Source of the DNA: an uncultured virus (IMG/VR IMGVR_UViG_3300038417_000443)
Taxonomy: Duplodnaviria; Heunggongvirae; Uroviricota; Caudoviricetes
Direction: 5' to 3' (one strand)
IMG/VR virus record: IMGVR_UViG_3300038417_000443
Length of the DNA stretch: 64,000 bases
Positions 59,779 through 64,000 of the stretch are shown piece after piece. The notes below the pieces were generated by a model, which was given only the letters and a program-made list of their open reading frames with translations, was not told the DNA's origin and did not search any database. The translations under genes were made by a program, and so were the position numbers. Within the stretch, counting starts at the first letter, position 1. Each line of letters begins with the position of its first letter.

Positions 59779-60605
59779 TAAAAGTAGACAGAACAAATAA
59801 TATTAGCATAGAGGCGGCTTCGATTGAAATTGGAAAAAATGTGCATTTTGGAAGGAACATTTCCATTCTGCTAAGAGGGAAATTTAGCATTGGGGATTAT
59901 AGCCACCTTGGAGACGACGTAAATATCGGGGGAAACAACGTAAGGATAGGAAGGCATTTATTCCACGATGAGGGATTAAGGGTCGGTGGGGGTGGTCACC
60001 AGAACCCAACTGCAAACCTAACCATCGGTGATAGGTGTACGCTTCACGACAATATTATAAATATATATGAGCCGATTGAAATCGGTAACGATGTAGGGCT
60101 TTCTAACGAAGTCACGCTTCTTACACACGGATATTGGCTCTCTGTTTTAGAAGGATATCCGGCTTCATTTTCTGGAATTAAAATCGGTAACGGTGTGATT
60201 ATAGGCTACAGAAGCCTGGTAATGATGGGGGTTGAGATAGCCGACAACTGCGTGATAGGGGCTCAAAGCGTAGTTACAAAAAGTCTTAGAAAAAAGGGCA
60301 TCTACGCTGGATCTCCGGTAAAACTTATTAGAGAAATTACCCCCATGTCTTACGGAGAAAAAACCTTGGTGTTGGATAAAATCATTGAGGGATATTATCC
60401 GATAGCCGCACACCATGGAGTTTCCCCTTGGATTTGTGCTTCTTATCCAAATGTTTATATTAATGGTCTTATGTTTAATGTGGAAACATTTAGGTATTCA
60501 GGGGTAGAGGACGAAGAAACTGACGATTTCCGAGATTACATGCGGAAGTGGGGAATAAGAATTTATACGGAAAGACCGTTTAGGAGTAAATATGTTTGTC
60601 AGTGA
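59775..60605 (+). CDS. Hexapeptide-repeat acyltransferase
   Basis: IG repeats, LLTHG, GAQSVVTKS, YAGSP. Confidence 0.85.
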   Translation: MIKVDRTNNISIEAASIEIGKNVHFGRNISILLRGKFSIGDYSHLGDDVNIGGNNVRIGRHLFHDEGLRVGGGGHQNPTANLTIGDRCTLHDNIINIYEPIEIGNDVGLSNEVTLLTHGYWLSVLEGYPASFSGIKIGNGVIIGYRSLVMMGVEIADNCVIGAQSVVTKSLRKKGIYAGSPVKLIREITPMSYGEKTLVLDKIIEGYYPIAAHHGVSPWICASYPNVYINGLMFNVETFRYSGVEDEETDDFRDYMRKWGIRIYTERPFRSKYVCQ

Positions 60606-61563
60606 TATCTTAAATTTATCCAGACTCAGGCTTGATGATGTGGTTAAAGATGCTAAGGGAAATTATCTTTGGCCCGACAGTGAGCTTCTTATTTATCACA
60701 ATGAATCGGTAAGGGAACTGGCAAAAAAATCGAGGTGCTTGTATGACTCCTCTACTTCAGCTATCTGTACTTACGCTGTGTATCCTGGCATTCCTACTCT
60801 TAGCATCGATAGACGTATAGTTGAGATCAACGCGGCTTATTTAACAAATTCTCAACGGCCCCTGTTTAGAAAACCAGTAAAATATTTTGATTCACATATA
60901 GCTCTCTGGGGATGGCAATCAACGGGATGGCGAAGCGTCCAAGAGATGCCAATTTATTATATTCCAAATTACGAACCGAATAAACTTCGTTTCTACCCTT
61001 ACTACCCCGTAACTTACCAAAGCAAATCATATCAAGTGGCTGGTAAGGGGTCTACTAACGATATACTTTTTGATCCAACCGCATTTACGATAACAAAGGC
61101 CTCTGGAGGACTATCCATATTCAACATAGACCAGATGAAGATTTTGATTGCAGGATCTGGGGTAACACCAAATATTGATGGGATTTATACCATAGATGGT
61201 GTTGGAAGTGATACCGTAATTAGTGTAAATGAGGTTTTTCCATGTGGGGCCGACCAGACAAAAGCAACGATTACAAAAGTTATTGATACTCTTAACCTTG
61301 AGGTTGCCAGACTTCCGCTTACAGATGTTGCAATAGCCAATATTGCCACAGCCATCCCAGAGGTGGACGAGGATTATCACATCCATATTTGTGATGGTAT
61401 TATGGCTCAAGCTTATTTAAAGAGGGATTCAGAGACTTATAATATTGTTGAATCGAAAAAGTTTCAAGATAGATGGGATTCTTTTGTGGAGGATGTAAAG
61501 AATGATCAGATAATTATCGGAGAAGATGATACAGTGTTTGAGCCCTCTTTCGGGGCCATCTAA
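60592..61563 (+). CDS. Head-tail adaptor / tail tubular protein A-like
   Basis: R.RLDD...YLW.D.EL..Y.NE; LRFYP; PEVDEDYH..I......AYLK.D.ET. Confidence 0.7.
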   Translation: MFVSDILNLSRLRLDDVVKDAKGNYLWPDSELLIYHNESVRELAKKSRCLYDSSTSAICTYAVYPGIPTLSIDRRIVEINAAYLTNSQRPLFRKPVKYFDSHIALWGWQSTGWRSVQEMPIYYIPNYEPNKLRFYPYYPVTYQSKSYQVAGKGSTNDILFDPTAFTITKASGGLSIFNIDQMKILIAGSGVTPNIDGIYTIDGVGSDTVISVNEVFPCGADQTKATITKVIDTLNLEVARLPLTDVAIANIATAIPEVDEDYHIHICDGIMAQAYLKRDSETYNIVESKKFQDRWDSFVEDVKNDQIIIGEDDTVFEPSFGAI

Positions 61564-61577
61564 TTGGAGGGGGAAGG

Positions 61578-62438
61578 ATGTATCAAAAAACAATTTGTTC
61601 AACCAAGGAATTCGTTGATGTTTGGGTTCCGTTTATATGGGGTGGAGGATCTTTTGCGCTAAGAGATAATGGGGGAGATATTATGCATGGCGTCATTATG
61701 CCATGCAGGCCAAAGGCAGGAGAATGTTATTGTAAAATACATTTTGGTCCAGTTTGGGCTCCTTGTTATCCAGAACATCCGGTATCTACTTCTTCCCTGT
61801 TGAGCGCGTTAACGGATACTATCTCCAGTGGATATCGTGAAATTATTTTAAATGTTCGTTTTGACTGTGGGGATTTTGCTGCCCAATTAGAAAGTATGGG
61901 CTTGTACTATAGAAGAGTTGATGTTTCGGTTGTCCATCTTTCAAAAGACTACGATAAGGTATTCTCAAAATATGGTGCGACACGTAGAAAAAATATTAAA
62001 CGCTTTTATAAAAGCGGTGCAACGATAAGAGAAACAAAGGATTATTCGGATGTTCTTGCTTTTTGCAGGGTTCTGAAAAAGTTAGAATCACAAAAAGAAA
62101 ATTTTCATATTCCAGATTGTTCTGCACTTTATTGCAGGTTAATAGATCTGCCGGAATCAGCAATGTTTGTTTCTGAGTTTGAGGGAAACATTATAGGCGG
62201 GTTGATTATTTTGCACGATGGGGATTCTACCTTTGCTATGTCTACTGCATCCGATAGGGAATATAGCCATATTTTCCCTTCTCCTGCATTGGAGGATAGG
62301 GGAATCCAGGTGGCTTGTGAGCGCGGGGCGTTGACATATAATTTTGGTGGTTCAGGGACAGAATCTCTTAGATTTTTTAAGGGATTATTTGGAGCCGTCA
62401 TAGAGCAAAATTGGATGTTTTCTATATCCCAAGCTTAA
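61578..62438 (+). CDS. GNAT / FemAB-like acyltransferase
   Basis: TRRKNIKR..K.G..I, IIGG, YNFGGS..ESLRFFK..FGA. Confidence 0.8.
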   Translation: MYQKTICSTKEFVDVWVPFIWGGGSFALRDNGGDIMHGVIMPCRPKAGECYCKIHFGPVWAPCYPEHPVSTSSLLSALTDTISSGYREIILNVRFDCGDFAAQLESMGLYYRRVDVSVVHLSKDYDKVFSKYGATRRKNIKRFYKSGATIRETKDYSDVLAFCRVLKKLESQKENFHIPDCSALYCRLIDLPESAMFVSEFEGNIIGGLIILHDGDSTFAMSTASDREYSHIFPSPALEDRGIQVACERGALTYNFGGSGTESLRFFKGLFGAVIEQNWMFSISQA

Positions 62439-62451
62439 AAAGGAGATTAAT

Positions 62452-62826
62452 ATGAGACCAAGACCAGTAAAACCACCATATAATCAGTATCAACAGTATT
62501 CACCATCACATTATATTCCGCTTTCCATTGCACAGTATGGACCTATCGTTATACCATACGTTCCAGACAGCTTCCAACTGGAAGGAGCCAAGGCAGATAA
62601 ATGTTTTATCGTTGTCTACGATATTAACTATGATAGCAACCAAGCTGACATTGATTTTGAAGCATGGTTGGAACTTCATTCTGGCTTGCCGCTTAAAAAT
62701 GCGGGGGATACAAAAATAGTTGAGGATTCGGCACAAGCCCTATACTATTGGGTTTTGGATAGTCCCGAAGCCCGTAAAGCAGTACAGGCCAAGGCCGCTA
62801 TTTACCCCATTAAAATTTACGGTTAA
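62452..62826 (+). CDS. Hypothetical protein
   Basis: SD AGGAG. Confidence 0.5.
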   Translation: MRPRPVKPPYNQYQQYSPSHYIPLSIAQYGPIVIPYVPDSFQLEGAKADKCFIVVYDINYDSNQADIDFEAWLELHSGLPLKNAGDTKIVEDSAQALYYWVLDSPEARKAVQAKAAIYPIKIYG

Positions 62827-62833
62827 GGGATAG

Positions 62834-63550
62834 ATGTTATTCGTCAATCATAATCGAGATCCGTATCTAAAGCAGTTAGACAAGATTGGCCCGCATGAAG
62901 TCTGGTTGGTTGATGGCGGGCATGTACGGAAACATCTCGAAGAAGAATTTACAAATTACGGTCATGGGAGAGACCCCATGTTCCGGGGTAAAATTCCAAT
63001 GAATGAGTTCTGGATCGAAGTTGGCAGCGAACCAGAAGAATTTCCCTTTTTTATAGACAGGATGCTTGCTGAAAGTTACTATCTCTCTAAGCTCATGCCT
63101 CATCTAAAAGCGGAGCGCGAGAGTATGAAGGTTGAGAATATTGGTCGGCAACGAGCCCGAAAGGATAGGGGCGAGTATAAGGACAACGGTATTAATGTTC
63201 ATATATTAGAATTAACTTATCCTAATTTAAAAACAAAGGGTGTAAAGATTTGGTTAATAGACGGTAAGAAGGTCCGGGATCATATGGATAATTTTTTCTG
63301 CCATGGGGGGCATTCGTTGGTTTATCCAGACTATGTGCCTGCTGGACCTCCACAAGAAATCTGGATTGATAATACCGCTCCCAAAAATGAACATGATTTT
63401 CTCTTGATCCACGAATTGCATGAATATAATAGAATGGCCGATGGTGAGACCTATAAAACCGCACATCCAAAAGCTTCTCGGATAGAGTACGAATGTAGGT
63501 GGAGCCCTCAAGAGAAAGATAAACAGATGAGGGAATTGGGGTTGAAATGA
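62834..63550 (+). CDS. Protein with internally duplicated domain, possible metal site
   Basis: VWLVDG..VR...F..YGH...P..EFWIE repeated as IWLIDG..VR...F..GGH...P..EIWID; HELHE...AH. Confidence 0.55.
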   Translation: MLFVNHNRDPYLKQLDKIGPHEVWLVDGGHVRKHLEEEFTNYGHGRDPMFRGKIPMNEFWIEVGSEPEEFPFFIDRMLAESYYLSKLMPHLKAERESMKVENIGRQRARKDRGEYKDNGINVHILELTYPNLKTKGVKIWLIDGKKVRDHMDNFFCHGGHSLVYPDYVPAGPPQEIWIDNTAPKNEHDFLLIHELHEYNRMADGETYKTAHPKASRIEYECRWSPQEKDKQMRELGLK

Positions 63551-63617
63551 GTTCAATTTTTGAGTTTGTTCATAAAAAATGATTAAAAAAAATAATATTT
63601 GAACGGAATAAAATACT

Positions 63618-63872
63618 ATGGATTTCAGCTTCATACACAAGAAGCGTATAATTACAAAAAATGAACAGGGGACGGATTTCGGATTTGAACATAAAAAAAG
63701 ATTGGACACCATCATCCATCCCCCACAGGCCGTGTCTGGTGTAGCGGTTGGCGGGGCCTTTTCCGATGCTTTTGATTCAAACTCATTTTGGGTAGGGTCA
63801 TTTTCAACCATTTCTGGTGTAGTAACTTCTATTAATGATTTCTTATTTAAACATATTAAGTCAATAAGGTGA
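63618..63872 (+). CDS. Hypothetical virion-associated protein
   Basis: GAFSDAFDSNSF motif; precedes the fibre gene. Confidence 0.4.
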   Translation: MDFSFIHKKRIITKNEQGTDFGFEHKKRLDTIIHPPQAVSGVAVGGAFSDAFDSNSFWVGSFSTISGVVTSINDFLFKHIKSIR

Positions 63873-63873
63873 T

Positions 63874-64000
63874 ATGAAAGTTCTTCATTCCTTTTTAAGC
63901 GTAAAACCAGATCCATCCGACACCACCCTTGTGAAGCCCTCCAACTGGAATGCCGAGCATGTGGATGAGTTTGGAGTTACCCTCTCCGTTGCAACGGGTC
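63874..64000 (+). CDS. N-terminus of a tail fibre protein, 3' truncated
   Basis: MKVLHSFLSVKPDPSDTTLVKPSNWNAEH resembles fibre anchor motifs; SD AAGGTG. Confidence 0.55.
   Translation, partial: MKVLHSFLSVKPDPSDTTLVKPSNWNAEHVDEFGVTLSVATG

Noticed and set aside
54909..60605. Host LPS island or prophage boundary
   Set aside because: The genes are coupled to and interleaved with phage structural genes on both sides, and no export or polymerase genes are present.
1..64000. CRISPR array, DGR or retron
   Set aside because: No repeat-spacer array, reverse transcriptase motif or TR/VR pair was seen by eye.

Overview
The window is most of a tailed dsDNA phage genome with podovirus-like morphogenesis genes and no tape measure, sheath or tail tube recognised. 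It is probably circularly permuted: a fibre gene starting at 63874 plausibly continues into the collagen-like ORF at 1-401. Two transcription arms diverge from an AT-rich non-coding region (~35600-36600). The leftward arm carries small early genes, a SAM lyase-like gene, an M14 peptidase, a primase-polymerase/helicase, RuvC, an Mgm101/Rad52-like annealing protein, an SSB, a nuclease, lysis genes and a tRNA-like RNA, with a short rightward integrase operon embedded in it. The rightward arm carries nucleotide hydrolases, terminase, portal, scaffold, capsid, a sugar-modification cluster, and tail and ejection proteins. Main observations: (1) a glycosylation/acylation cluster (GT-B-like, GT2-GT2-TPR, epimerase, SDR, two hexapeptide acyltransferases, FemAB-like GNAT) embedded among virion genes next to Thr-rich collagen-like proteins, a candidate virion glycan-shield system; (2) a group I intron with a LAGLIDADG endonuclease splitting the major capsid gene; (3) an ATP-grasp ligase plus AdoMetDC-like pair between portal and scaffold; (4) several unexplained structured RNAs, including a non-canonical tRNA mimic whose 3' end is duplicated; (5) tandem sigma54-type promoters and a mirror-symmetric divergent promoter pair. 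All family calls come from motif recognition by eye; no database searches were run.
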